Source: Scenedesmus sp. PABB004 (lineage: Eukaryota). From it: a stretch of 64,000 bases of DNA. Of the stretch, positions 12,750 through 25,765 are shown one piece after another (the stretch's first letter is position 1; each line of letters begins with the position of its first letter). The notes under the pieces were generated by a model. That model did not search any database. It was not told the origin of the DNA and worked only from the letters and a program-made list of their open reading frames with translations. The stretch covers positions 124,001-188,000 of the forward strand of contig JABVCE010000010.1 of NCBI GenBank assembly GCA_014905635.1, given 5' to 3'. The translations under genes and the position numbers were made by a program.

Positions 12750-15569
12750 ATGCTTCCGGGACTGCGTCCACGGGCGGTGCTGCTCGCGGCGCTGCTGGCG
12801 GGCGCCGCTGCTGGCGCCGCGCCGCTGCCGCCGTGCGAGGGCGAGGCGCAGCAGGCGGCGTGCGGCGACATACCGTGGGCTTTCACGCTCGAGCGGTCGG
12901 CCTGCTGCTCCGCGCACGCGGCCGCGGGGGCGGCGCCGGCCGGCCGCGGCGGCGGCGACCACCGTGGCGTGGCGGCGGCGGCGGCGGCGGAGGAGGACTG
13001 CCCCAACGCGCCACCGCCGGAGCTGCCCCCGCGCGGCGACCTCGCCGCGGCAGCGAGCGGGGCAGTGGCCATGGGCGCGCGCTACCGGGCCGCGCCGTGC
13101 GTGCGCTGGGAGGCCGCGCACGTGCCGGCCTTTGGCCCGGGCGCGCCGCGCGACGTCGCGGCGCTCAACGCGATCACCCAGGACGTGCCCCTGCTTGACC
13201 CGGGCGCGGTGCGGCGCGTGAAAGACGAGGCGCTGCGGCGCCTCGCGCCGCCGCAGCCGCCGGGCGGCGGCCGGCGCCGCGGCCGCGCGCCCGCGGGCAC
13301 GGGCGGCGACAGCGCCGGCGGCGCCGGCGCGCCGCGCAGCCCGCTGTCCTCCGTGTGGCAGCGCCACCAGGCGTGGGCCGCGACCGCGCCGCCGCGCGGC
13401 GCCGCGGGCCTGCACCACCCGGCGAGCACGGCGGGCTTGGCCGAGCTCGCCTGGCTGCAGCACCGCCTCGCCAACGGCGCGTCGCCGCAGGCGCCCGCGC
13501 TCGAGCAGCTGCTCTCGGGCGCGGGCGTGCCGCCGAAGCGCTACGACGGCTGCTGGGCGCCGCCGACGGGCTGCCCGGCGGACTATGACGGGCCCTTCCC
13601 GATGCGCGTGGCGAGCATCCGCTACGGCGGCCTCAACGACCCCGCGCTCGGCGCGTGCGCGCCCAACTACCCGGCCGCCGCGCCGCCGGCGCTCTGCGGG
13701 CACGTCTCGTTCGTGGAGCTGGACGGCCAGATGGTGTGTGTGCGGCGCGGGCGCGGCGCGGGGCGCGCGCGGCGGCGCCCGGCTGCGCGCTGGAGCCGCC
13801 GCTCAACGGCAAACGCGCCGCGTCTGCCGCCGCGACGACGACAGGTGTTCAAGCAGGCGCTCGCGTTCTGGGCGACCGGGAACGCCGCGCACGCGCAGAT
13901 CGCCCGCCGCATCTTCGACGGCTGGGCGGCGACCAACGTGCAGATCGGGCCGGCGCTCGATGGCAACGGCGCGCTCGAGGCGGCCTGGGTGCGCGGCAAA
14001 GCGGTGCCGCCGCCGCGGGCCGCTGGGCCGCACGCGCCCGCGCGCCCGCCCGGCGTGGCCGAGGCCGCCCGTCAGCCTCCGCCGCCTGCTCCGCCGCCGC
14101 CGGCCCGCCGCAGGGCTGCGCGTCGTTTGCGCGCGCGGTCGAGCTGCTGCGCAGCCACCCCGCGTGGCCCGCGTTTGGCGGCGCGGAGAGCTACACGGTG
14201 TTCGTCGGCTGGCTGCGCGGCGTGCTGCTGCCGCCGACGGACGCGTGGGTTGCCTTCAAGGATCCGCCCGCCTCGCTCGGCGGCTGGGACGGCAACGTCT
14301 ACTCCAACTGGCACGCCAGCATCGCCGAGTGCTGGGTCGCCGCCGGCGTCGTGGCGGACGACCGCGGCCGCTACGACGCCGGCGTCCAGCTCTTCCACAG
14401 GACCGTCGCGGGGTTCCTCAAGTGGGGCCGCGGCCGCTGGGCGGAAGGGGGCCGGCTCATCGGCGAGACGACCGAGACGCTGCGAGACATGTGCGTGGCG
14501 CGGCGCCGGCGTCGGCGTTCGGGGGTCGGGAGCGGCTGGCCGCGCCCACGGCGCGCGCTGCGCTGACCTGCACCGCCCCACCCCGCCTGCCGCGCCGCCT
14601 GCAGCTACCACACCCTGTTTGGCCTGGGCGGCCTGCTGCAGGCCGCGGAGGCCGCCTGGCAGGCGACGGACGACGCGAGCCTGTATGCGAGCGGCGGCCA
14701 CGCGCTCGCGGCGGCGCTGGAGGTGCACGCCGCAATCGTGCTGGCCGGGCCCTACGGCAACGCGAGCGCGCTGCCGCCGGGCTTTGCGCCGTACGACGCG
14801 ATGCCGCCGCCGCCGCCGGGGTGCGTGTGGCGCATCAACCTCGGGTCGCAGCTCTGGGGCGCGGTCAACGCGTCCACCGGCGCGTGGCTGCCCGGCGGCG
14901 AGCTGCGGGACGGCGTGAAGTACCTGCTGGGGGTCAAGCACATCCCCGTGTTTGAGCTGGGCTACAACCACTACGCCGGCCGCCTCGGGATGGCGCTGCC
15001 GCAGACGCGCGCGCTGCTCGAGCGCTACTGGCCGGAGCAGTGAGCCGCCCGCCGCCCCGCGCGCGCGGCGCCACCGCGGGCACCGGCGCTGGTGCTGCGC
15101 CGCCGCCCAGCAGCGCCTCACCGCCTCACCGCCGCCGCCGCGCAGCTACGAGCTGCAGTGGGGCTCCCACACCCTAACCCACGCGGGCTCGGCAGCGACG
15201 CTGTGGGCGCCTGGCGTCAAGCCCTCCACGCTCTGCCCCGGCGCGGCAGACCCGCCTGCGGAGGAGCCGCAGCCGGAGCCGCCCGCCGAGTCGCCGCCGC
15301 CGCCGGTGCCAGAGCCGCCGCCGCCGCCGTCGCCGCCGGAGCTGCCGCCGCCGCCGCCGGAGCTGCCGCCGCCGCCGCCGGAGCTGCCGCCGCCGTCGCC
15401 GGAGCTGCCGCCGGAGACGCCGCGCGGGCCGCTGCCGGCGCTGCCGCTGCCTGGCGCGGGCGAGCCTCGCCCGGTGTCGCTGCAGCTGCCAGCCGGCGGC
15501 GCCGCCGAGCCGGCCGGCGTGCCGGGCCTCGAGGCCCGGATCGTGAGCTCACGATCGACTGAGGCGTGA
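12750..15569 (+). CDS. Secreted alginate-lyase-like ((alpha/alpha) toroid, PF05426-type) protein with C-terminal Pro-rich repeats
   Basis: Signal peptide. Motifs KQALAFWATGNAAHAQIARRIFDGWA, NGALEAAW, FARAVELLR, SNWHASIAE, ETLRDIYHTLFGLG and FELGYNHYAGRLG..LPQT resemble that family. Four GT-AG introns. Confidence 0.7.
15290..15415 (+). repeat. Coding PPPPPEL tandem repeats (extensin/HRGP-like)
   Basis: About 4 copies of ccgccggagctgccgccg-type units. Confidence 0.85.
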
Positions 15570-15579
15570 GCGGCTCGCC

Positions 15580-15584
15580 TGTAA
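15580..15584 (+). promoter_or_regulatory. TGTAA polyadenylation signal
   Basis: About 10 nt after the stop of the lyase-like gene. Confidence 0.65.
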
Positions 15585-15685
15585 CACGCCTCCCTGGCCC
15601 GCCGCCGGCCGACGCGCTGCCCCCACAAAATCAGCGCGCCCCGCCGCGCGGGTGGTCACAACCAGGCCGCCGCACGAGCCCCGGC

Positions 15686-17665
15686 TCAGAGCGCGAGGTC
15701 GGCCAGGTCCAGGCAGCGGCTGACCGCCTTCTGCCAGTGCCCGAAGCGCCGGTCCGCCTCCTCCCTGCTCACGGAGGGCGTGAACGTCCTGCTCGCGCCC
15801 TCGGGGTGCGCCCGCACAAACGCCTCGTCCCACAGGCCGACCGTCAGCCCCGCCGCGAGCGCGGCGCCGAGCGCGGTGGTCTCCTGGAAGTGCGGGCGCT
15901 GCACCGGGACCTGCAGGATGTCGGACTGCAGCTGCATGAGCAGGTCGTTGTGCGTCGCGCCGCCGTCCACGCGCAGCAGGTTGAGCGACGCGCTGAAGTC
16001 CTGGCCGCCGCCGCCGCCGCTCGGCGCAACCGCGCCCTGCACGTCGCCCGCCGGCGCCGTGCCGCCGGCCTCGGCGGCGGCGGCGGCGGCCTCGTCCGCG
16101 AGCGCGCCGCTGAGGCCGCGGCTGAGCGTGCGCGCCTGGTGGTCCTGCGTGTCGAGCAGCATCGCCTGCAGCACCTCGCGGCTCTGGAAGCAGATCGCCT
16201 CCAGCAGCGCGCGCACGACATGCCCCCGCGTCGTGAACGCTGCGGCGGCGCCCCGCGCCGGCGGCGGCGGCACGCGGGCGGGCGGCGGGCCGCGGCGTGA
16301 GCTGTTGCGGCGCACCGCCCGCCCCTGCGCGCGCACTGCACCGTCCGCGTCCGCGCCCGCGTCCGCGTCCGCACCTGTCATGCCGAGCAGCGCGCCGCGC
16401 GCGTCCTCCTGCCAGTGCGGCGCGAGGAGGCCGCTGAACGCGGGCACAAAGTACACGCCGCCGGTGTCGGGCACGCCCGCGGCGATGGCCTCGCTGTCGT
16501 CGGCGCTGTCGATGATGCGGAGGTTGTCCCGCAGCCAGCTGATGCCCAGCCCCGCGACCGCGACGCTGCCCTCGAGCGCGTAGCTCGGCGGCACGCCGGG
16601 GCCGAGCCGGTGCGCGACCGTCGTGAGCAGGCCGTGCCGGCTCGGCGTGAGCGCGCCGCCTGGCGCGCGGCGCGGCGCGGCGCCGGGCGCAGGTCGTCGG
16701 GCGCAGGTCGGCGGCGGCAGAGGCAGCGCGGCCGGGCGTGGGCGCTGCGCCACCGCGCGCTGTGCGTGCTGCGCGTGCTGTGCCTGCCGCCCACCGGTGT
16801 TGAGCAGCATGAAGCAGCCGGTGCCGTAGGTGTTCTTGGCCTCGCCCGGCGCGGCGCGCTGCCCCAGCAGCGCCGCCATCTGGTCGCCCAGGCAGCCTGC
16901 GGCCGCGGCGGCGGCGGCGGCGGCGGCGACGAGGTCGGGTGGCGCGCCCCGCGCCGAGCCACGCGCCCGCGCGGCGCGCCGGCGTGCCCGCGCACCGGCG
17001 ATGGGCACGCCCGCGAGGCGGCCGGCCGCGACAGCGCCGTAGACCTCGGCGTTGCTGGCAATGCGGGGCATGATGCCCAGCGGCGCGCCAAAGAGCTCCA
17101 GCGCAGGGCCGTGCCAGGAGAGGGTGGCCAGGTCCATCAGGTTGGTGCGGCTCGCGTTGGTCACTGGGGAGCGCGAGGCCACGGCGCGCGCGGCACGCGG
17201 CGTGAGGCGGTGGCGTGTGGCGGCGGCGCAGGGCGCATGGCGTGCCCGCGGCGCGGCGCCGCACCGTCGGTGACGTGCACGCCGCCGTGCGGGCCGCCCG
17301 TGAGGCAGTAGATGAGCCAGCTGTCGACGGTGCCAAACATGGCGTCACCGCTCAACACCGCCGCCGCGACCTGGCGGGCGGCGGCGCGGCGCGCGGTCGG
17401 CGCTCGGCGCCGCGCCTCGCCACGCTCGCAGGCGTGCCTGCACTGCGCCCGCCGCGGCCGTGGGGTCACCTCGGGCACGTTCTCTCGCAGCCACTGGAGC
17501 TTGTAGGCGCTGAAATAGGTCGACACTGGCAGCCCCGTGACGGGGCGGAAGTGGTCCTTGCCGCCCGGCAGCGCCGCCTCCCACGCGCGGCAGATGTCGC
17601 TGGTGCGGTTGTCCAGCCAGACGATCGCGTTGTGCAGGGGGCGCCCCGTCGCGCGCGACCACACG

Positions 17666-17696
<31 letters not shown>

Positions 17697-18011
17697 GCGC
17701 CACGACCTTGACCGGGCCCGCCTTGGCCTCCGCGGCCGCGACGGCCGCGTCGATGCAGCGCTGCACGCTCTCCCATATGACGAGCGGGTCGTGCTCGCAC
17801 CAGCTGCGGCGCGGCGGCGCGTGCGTGTGGGCCGATGAGCTGCGCGGCGGCGGCGGCGCGCGCGCGGGCTGGCACGCGGCCCTGCGCACCCCGCGCGCGG
17901 GTAGATCTGCTTGAACTGCTCCTGATGGCTCGCCACGGGCTTGGCCTTGGCGTCAAAGATGAAGACGCGCGTGCTCTGGGTGCCCTGGTCGATGGCCGCC
18001 ACGCACTCCAT
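15686..18011 (-). CDS. GK: Glycerol kinase (FGGY family)
   Basis: AIDQGTQSTR, GITNQRETTVVW, FGTVDSWLIY, TDVTNASRT, GDQMAALLGQ, AKNTYGTGCF, YFVPAFSGLLAPHW, LRVDGG and ETTALGAA. Six GT-AG introns. Confidence 0.97.
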
Positions 18012-18537
18012 CCTCGCCGCAGCGCCGCGCGCCGCGCCGCCGCCGCCGCCCGCCTGCTGCCGCTCCGGCACGAAGCCCACTGCCTGAAGCCGCGGCGAGC
18101 TTCCGGACCGGGCAGCGCGCGGCCAGGCGCGCTGTGGGCGCTGTGGGTGCGGCGGCGAGCTGGCGGGCCGCGCTGTTGCTGCCGGCTGGCGCCTCGCCAC
18201 CGAGCTGCGTCTGCGGCGGCTCCGGCTGCGCAGAGGGCAGTATGACTGCGCGTCCGGGAGTGCCGGCGAGAGCAGGCAAGCTCACCGGTTGCGGCGCCGC
18301 CGCAGCGGCGGCGACAACCGACGCAGCGCCCCAAACCGCCACGGTGCGCTTGCGCTGGGGGCCCAGGCACGCCTCCCTGGCCGCCCATTGCCGCGGCCCC
18401 GTGCTCGACCGCGCGCCCCGCGGGGCATCCTTAGGCCCACACACGGGCCCCCGACGCCGGCAGCGCTGCGGCAGCGGCAGAGCGGCGGCAGCAGCAGCAG
18501 CGGCAGCGCCAGCAGCGGCGGCAGCGAGCGCCCGCCG

Positions 18538-19602
18538 ATGGCCTCGCTGCTGCTCCAGGCCCTGGCGGGCGCGCAGGCAGAGGTGGCCGCGCAGCCCGAC
18601 GCGCAGCGGCGGCTGGCCAAGGCCCGGCAGCTGGGCGCGGCGCTGGCGGCGGAGCTCGCGGCGGCGGCGGCGCTCGCGCCGGCCGGCGTGCGCGCGCTGC
18701 GCGTGCGCGCCGCGCTCGCGGCGGCGGCGCGCCCGGGCGCGCCGCCGTCGCCGCTGGGCGTGGCGCTGCACGCGGGCCTGCCGTACGGCCCCGCGCCGCG
18801 GCAGCGGCTCGACGTCTACGTGCCCACGGCGGCGCCGCCGCTCGCGCCGGTCGTGTTCTTCACGCACGGCGGCATCTGGGCGACTGGCGAGCGCTGGCAC
18901 TTTGGCCCGCTCGCCGTCTCCCTGTGCCAGGCCGCGGGCGCGGTCGTGGTGGTGCCTTCGTACACGCTCTACCCGCGCGCGCTCGCGGGCGAGATGGCGG
19001 GCGAGGTGCTCGCCGCGCTCGCGTGGTGCGCCGCCAACGCCCCGCGCTTCGGCGGCGACGCGGCACGCATGACCGTGCTCGGGCACTCTGCCGGCGGTGC
19101 GCAGCCGGCGGGCGCGCGGCGGGGCGCGCGGGCGGGCGCGCGCGGGGGTGCGCGCGGCGCGGCGCAGCGCGCGGGCCGGCGGCAGCGCCCAGCCGCCGCG
19201 CCGCGCCGCCCGCAGGCCACCTGGGCGCGCTTGCGCTGATGATGCTGGCGGTGCAGCAGGAGCAGCAGGCGCAGGAACAGCAGCAGGCGCAGCAGGAGCA
19301 GCAGGGGCGGCAGCAGCTGCCGGCGCCAGGGCAGCAGCGGTGCGGCCGCCGCGGCGCGTGGTGCGCGGCCGACCCCCTGGCGCTGCAGCCGGCGCTGTTT
19401 GTGGGCATGTCTGGGGTCTACGACGTGGCGCAGCACTTTGAGTTTGAGTCGCAGCGCGGCGTCGCCGCGATATCGACCATGGCGCGTGCGTGCGGCGGCG
19501 CGGCCGCGTTTGACGCGGTGTCGCCGGCCGTTCTGCTGCGCCGCGCGGCCGCGGCGGCGGAGGGCGCCGCCGCGGGACAGCGGCCGCAGCCTTTGCCGGG
19601 GC

Positions 19603-19653
<51 letters not shown>

Positions 19654-20300
19654 GACACGCGGCGCAGCCGGCGCCGCTGTGGCCGCAGCTGCCGCGCGAC
19701 AGGGGCGGCGGCGTCGCATTTGACCCCGCACCGCGCAGGCGCGTCGGCCGCGCCGGCGGCTTTGAGGTTGACCCGGGCGCGGCGGAGCTGACGCAGCTGG
19801 CGGGCGAGCTCATCCCTCTGCGCAGCGGCCTGGACCGCGGCAGCGGCGGAAGCGGCACGGCGCTGCCGCCGCGGGAGCCGGCGAGCGCCGCTGGCGGCGG
19901 GAGCGCGTCGCCGGCTTTTGGCGACGCGGCCGTCGCGCTGGCGCGCTTCACCGCGGCCGCGGCGGCGCGGCTGCCGCCGTGCGTGCTGATGAGCAGCTGC
20001 GGCGACGCGCTCGTGCCGCCGCACGAGGCCGCGGGCATGGCGCGCGCGCTCGAGGCGGCGGGCGTGCGGGCCAAGCACCTCATCTATGATCGGCCCGCCC
20101 ACAACGACTTTGTGCTGGGCTGGGCGCCGCGGCCGCTGCACATGGGCGCGCCCGCGCTGCCACTGTTTGCGCGCGACCTGGTCAGCATCGTGGCGAGCCG
20201 CGCCGAGCTGCGCTCGGGCGGCGCGCCGGCGGGGGCCGCCGACGCCGACGCCGCGCCGGGCGGGCGCGCCCCGGTGCCCCTGCCGCTCGCGCGCCTGTGA
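18538..20300 (+). CDS. Alpha/beta-hydrolase, isoprenylcysteine methylesterase (ICME)-like
   Basis: YGPAPRQRLDVY, oxyanion HGGIW, nucleophile GHSAGGHL, GMSGVYD, DALVP and AHNDF. One intron (19097-19215). Start codon uncertain. Confidence 0.85.
19605..19652. repeat. (CAG)n poly-Gln tract (Q16) in the esterase
   Basis: Read directly. Confidence 0.95.
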
Positions 20301-20416
20301 AACGGTGGTGGGAGGCCGCGCGCGTGCGTTGCCACCGCCGCCGCGCCGCGCCCGCGCGCATGCGCAACGCCCTGTGCACGGCACGGCCGCCGCTGCCGGT
20401 TGCCGCGCGGCGCCCG

Positions 20417-21514
20417 TCAGCCCGCCGCAGCATCCCCTAGCTCCTGCACCACCGGCAGGTGCACGCGCGTCTCCAGCACTGCCGCTGCGCCCAGCTCTGC
20501 CGCCAGCGAGAGCCGCCGCACGTCAAGGCTGATGAGGTGCCGCTGATTGATTGGTGCGTCCAGGTCTGCGTCGCTGCCGGCGCCCCGCTCCACCGCCGGC
20601 CTGCTGCTGCCGCTGCTGCCCGAGGCTGCAGGCGGCGCCGGCGCGGAGCCGCCGCCGCCCGGCGCGCCCGCCTGCGCGCCGCCCACGTCGGCAGGGGTGC
20701 CCGCGTTGCTGTGCCCGGCGCTCGCCAGGCCCAGCATGCCGGCCGCCGCCCGCAGCGCTCGCAGCAGCCGCCGCGCGCGCCCGGGCGGCGCTGCGCTGCC
20801 CCCGCGGCCTCGCCGCTGCCGAGCCCTAGCGCGCCAGCGATGCGCTCGCGCGCCCCGCCGGGCGCCGGCCGCACGACGCCCGCCAGCAGAGCGCTGGGGT
20901 TGATGAGCGCCTGCGGCGCCGAGCGCGCCGGCGCGAGCAGCGACGCGCCCCGGCGCTCCAGGGCGCGCGGGCCCGCCAGCCGGTCCAGCGCGAGCGCGAG
21001 GCTGGTGGTGCTGCTCAGCCTGCCGGTGGGCGCTGCGAGGGCGCCCGCGCGCTCGGGCTCGCCGGCTGCGCTGGCGCGCCCCGCGGCCGCCGCAAAGGGG
21101 CTGGCCGGCGCCGCCGCAGCTGCCGCAAAGGGGCTGGCCGGCGCCGGCGCGGCGGCGCGCGGCGCAGCCTGCAGCGCCGTGTCGCTGCCCGCCTGCCGCA
21201 GCGACCGCCGCACTCGCTGCGGCTGCTGCTCCCCCGTCGCCGCCGCCGCGACGGCAGCAGCTGCCGCGCCGGGGCTGGCCTTTCCGTGGCCCTGCGCCTC
21301 GCCCGCCGCGGGCACGCCCGTGAGAAGTCCGAGCACGTCCGACACCGGCGCCGGCAGCGCGCCGCGGTGGCGGTCTGCGGCGGCCTGGGCCACACCGGTG
21401 TGCAGACCCTCCTGCGCGTTGCGCGCCAGGGCGCTGCCGCCGGGCGCGGGCGCGGCGGCCGCGCCGGCGCCCACCGCTGCTGCGTGCAGCGCCTGCGAGG
21501 GCATCGCAGCAGGC

Positions 21515-21549
<35 letters not shown>

Positions 21550-24500
21550 AACCGCACCACCGTCGCCGCCGGCGGCCGGCTGCCCATCCGGCTGCGGCCC
21601 CAGCGCCGAGAGCACCCGCAGCAGCGAGCCCCCCACGCTGCCGGCGGCGCGGCCGAGGCCGCCGGCCACCGCCGACGCGAGGCCCGGCGCGCGCGGCGCG
21701 CCCCCAGGCGCCTGCCCCGCCTCCTCGTCCCCGCCGACGCCCTGCGGCGGCGCCGCCGCCGCGCGGTGCCGCTGGCCGCGCCGCGGCGCCCGGTGCCCGG
21801 TCACCTCGGCCGCCTGCTCGGCTGCGAGGCGCCGCACCGAGAGCTGCGGCGCGCGGCTGCGCAGCGTGTACAGCACCCGCCCGCCGAGCCAGAGCAGCAG
21901 GCTGCGCCGGTCGCCGTGGTTGAGCATGCCTTCCGCGACGAGCGGGCAGTCCCGGACCAGCTCAACCAGCCCCGCCGCGCCACCGGGCAGGCTCTTGAGG
22001 CGATCCAGCTGCGCGAGCGCGACAGCGCTGAGCGCGGCCTGCGTGGCGGTGCCGCGGCGGCGGCCGCGGCAGCCGCGGCGGCGGTCGCCGCGGGCGCGCG
22101 CACACGAGCCGCCGTGCGTCGGCTCGCCCCCGCCGCGCCGCGCCGCGCCGCCGTCCGTGGCCCCGGCGCCCGCGCGCGCCTGGTAGGATGCGAGGAGGTG
22201 GTGCAGGGGGTGCGAGCACAGAGGGATCTGCAGCAGGCTCGACTCGAGGGGCGTGGGGCGCACGACCATGTCGCCCGCGCGGTTGACGACCACGCGGTGC
22301 CCGTTGCGCTTGTACGCGCTGATCAGCTTGCCGCCCCGCGGCACCGTGTCCTGGGCCGCGCAGCGGCGCGCGGCGCCGTCGCCCGCCACAAGCGGCACTC
22401 GGCGTGCGCGGGGCGAGCTGCGGGGCGGCGCGCCACGCGCGCACGTCAGGTCACCTCACCTGGTCGTTGATGACATGCCACGTGTCGGGACAGGCGCGGC
22501 CGTACTCGGCAGCAAACGCGCGGTTGCCGGCCCGCGGCGCGCCATAGGTGTAGACGCTGACCTGCAGCACACGCGATCGTGAGCGCTCCTGAGGGTTTTT
22601 ACGCCACCACGGCGGCCGCAGGCGCGCGGGGAGCCCCCCGCGCACCTGGGTGCGCTCGTCGAGGCGCGGGGCGGCCTTGGCGAGGTCGTACGCCGTGAGC
22701 GTCGCGAGCGCGCCGCCGAGGCTGTGCCCTGGCGACAGCCGCGAGACAGCAGGCGCGCGCGCCGCGCGCCGCGTCGGCGGCGATGCACCAGCGCCGGCGG
22801 CGGGCGCAGCCAGGCGGCGGCGCCTGGCGCTGCCTGGGCGGCGCGCACCGGTGATGTAGATCTTCAGCCGGCCCGGCTCGAGCGCGGTGTCGATGAGGAC
22901 GCGCAGCAGCCCCAGCACGCGCACGTCCAGGCCGCTGCCGCTCCAGCACCTGCGCGCGGCGGCGCACGGCCGCGCGGCGGCGGCGCTGCGCGGCGGGCGG
23001 CGCGGCGCGCGCGCGCGCCAGCGCGCGCGGGCGCTGCTCACCGCAGGAAGCCGCTGTGCACCTTGGCCGCGCCCGCGCGCTGCGCCGCCTGCGCGGCGAG
23101 CTCCGACCCCGGGTGCGGCGTGCGCCAGATCATCGTGTCGGCCAGCCAGTTTGCGGCGGTGGTGGAGCCGCGAAAGGCCACCAGCACGGTGCTGGCGTTC
23201 CAGGCAAAGAGAACCTTGAGCTCGCCCTCGGCGTCGTACACAACCTGGCGCGCCGGACGCGCGGCGACCGCACGCGGCGCGGCGGACGCGGTGAGGCGGA
23301 CGCGGCGGTTAGCACACGGCGCGCGGCGGCACGCGCGCGCGACGGCGGCGCGTCGCGCGCGTGACCTTGTGCGCGGTGAGGCCATAGAGGCCGAGGCCCT
23401 GCGCAAACGCGGCCATGTGGCCCTCCGCGACGGGGGCGGCGGCGCCCGCGCGCGCGTCGCGCGCCTGCGGCCGCGGCGGGCGTCGGCGCGCGCGCGCGTC
23501 GGTGCCGGCCAGCCGGGGCGCAGCCCGCGCCCCGGCTCCGGCCCAGCGCGCCTCGCGCCCCGGCGCACCCCCTCGTACTCCTCGTACATCAGGCAGCTCC
23601 TGGCGCAGCGGCGGCCGCGGCGGCGGTGGGCGCGCGTGCGAGCGCCGGCCGCGGCGGCGGGCGCGCGGCCGCGCCTGCGCGCGCCCGGCTGCAGCTGCCC
23701 GCGCGCCCGGCTGCGGCTGCCCGCGCGGCGGCGGCCGCAGGCGCACCAGAAGAAGAGCTTGATGGCGGTCTCGAAGCAGAACATCGGCTCCCCAGCCGTG
23801 GCGCCGCGAGACTCCGCGTCGCGCGCGTCGACGCGTGCGGCCAGCCCCGCCTCGGTCCAGCTGAACTCCTGCAGCGCCGTCACGACGCGCGGCGGGGTCG
23901 TGGCGGAGGGGTCGGTCGGCGTGACGGCGAGGGCGCCGATGACGCTGACTGCGGCCCACATGACCTGGCGCCGGCGGTGCGGCGGCGGCGGCGGTGAGTA
24001 CGCGGCCGCATCGGCGGCGTGGGCGGCGGTGGGCCGCGCGCCGCCGCCCCGCGCCCGCGGTGGCGCCGCCGCGCCTCGGTCGGCGGCAGGCCGAGGGTCT
24101 GGAACGCCGCGCGCGAGCAGTCGGCGAGGCTGGCGAACCAAAACACGACGGTGCATAAGACGATGAGCGAATACGCCCACAGCCCGAGGCGGCGCTCGAG
24201 GCGGAACAGCGTGTTGGCCGTGCGCAGCTCCTGCCACGGCCGTGCGCACAGCAGCCGGCCGCTGCGCAGCATGAGCCAGCACCACGTGAGCCAGTAGAGC
24301 AGGCACAGACCGAGCTCCGCGCTCAGCAGGCCCAGCGCGGCGCGGCGCGGCGGGCAGCGCGCGAGGCTGCAGTCGGGCGCGAGCGCGGCGCAGCCGCCTG
24401 CGCGGGCGGGCGGGCGGCGCGGCGGGCGGGCGGGCGGGCGGCGGTGGCGCACGCGCGCGTGCGGCTGCCCGTCCCCGCTGGGCGGGCCAGCCGCATGCCC

Positions 24501-25484
24501 AGCTGCAGCGGGGCGCGCGCGCGCCGCACCGTCGCCGGCGACGCCGCGGGCCTCCAGCACCGCGTGCGCGGCAATCACTGCCTCAAACGCCAGCCACAGC
24601 AGCCCCGCGGGCCAGTGGTACGCGAGCGGCAGGTCCAGCACCAGCACGTCCGGCCGCCGCCCGCGGGCCGGGGCGCCGCTGCCGCCGGCGCCGCCGCCGC
24701 CGCCGCCGGCCCCCGCCAGGAGCGGCGCGCGGCCGCCGCGCGGCAGGCGGCCGGGCAGGCCGAGCGCCGCCAGCGCGACGGCGCGCCGCTGCCGCCAGCC
24801 GGGGGCCGCCGCGGCAGCGTCCGCGGCCACGGGGCGCACGAGCGTGGTTGCGTGGGCCCGGACCAGGATGGCCAGCATGGTGCTGTTCCAGCAGCTCCAC
24901 CGCGCCATCGCCAGCCACGCAAGCGCGGGGCCGAGCAGCGGCGCGCCGCCGCAGCGCGCCGGCGTGCGAGCGAGGCCGGCGACGAGGCCGTTGCTCGCTG
25001 CGAAGCAGGCCAGGCCGAGCGTGGTCGCGGCGAGCTGCGCGCCGTGCAGCGCGACGAGGCGGGCGCGCCGCGGCGACCAGGCCCGCCCCGCGGCGGCGCT
25101 GCGCGCGACGCGGCGTAGGGCGAAGCACAACGTCGCCGCCGTCGCCGGCAGCAGGGCCGCGGCGACGCCGAGGTTGACGGCGCACAGCGCCGGTGAGCAG
25201 AAGAACCAGGCGCCGCCCGGCGTGGGCACGAGGCGGAGCACCACGAATGCCACGAACGCGGCGAGGGAGACGCGCCACGCGACATCAAACGCGGCGAGCA
25301 GCGAGCGCGTGTCGCGCGGCGACGCGCACTCGAGGCGCAGCAGCTGGGCGCCCCGGCCCACGGGGCCCAGGTTGCTTGCCGGCAGCGCGCCCGCCGCCGC
25401 CGGCGCCGGTGCTGCGCCCGCACGGTCGGTCGCCGGCGCCTCGAGGTCGGGCGCTGCTGCTGGCGCGCGGTCGGCAGCCTCCAT
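20417..25484 (-). CDS. Class 3 lipase with N-terminal multi-pass membrane region and long low-complexity C-terminus
   Basis: Several hydrophobic helices, then VAFRGS, KVHSGF, ITGHSLGGALA, YTYGAPRAGN, HVINDQDTVPR, YKRNG and HHLLASY. About 10 introns, 2 of them GC-AG. Apparent 1-nt frameshift at C5 20799-20803. Confidence 0.88.
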
Positions 25485-25674
25485 GGCGCCAACTGGCGCC
25501 CGGGGCGCGCCCTGGGCGCGATCAGGGCCCGCCCGGGCAGCGGCAGCGCGGCAGCGACGACGCGGCGCGGCGCCGCGCGCGCGGCCGCGGCTGCCGGGGG
25601 CCTGCACGGGGCTGTCCGGACTCTCTCTGGCAGCGCGGGGGCGGGCGCAGGCAGGCACGGACTCGGCGCCGCCG

Positions 25675-25679
25675 TTACA
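25675..25679 (-). promoter_or_regulatory. TGTAA polyadenylation signal of TIC20
   Basis: TTACA on the + strand, about 87 nt past the stop. Confidence 0.65.
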
Positions 25680-25765
25680 CGCGGCGGTTCTCGGTCGCGC
25701 GCCGGCCGCCGCCGCGGCTCGCCCTCTCCTCGCTCGCTCGCTCTCGCTCGCCCCTCGCCCGGCGC

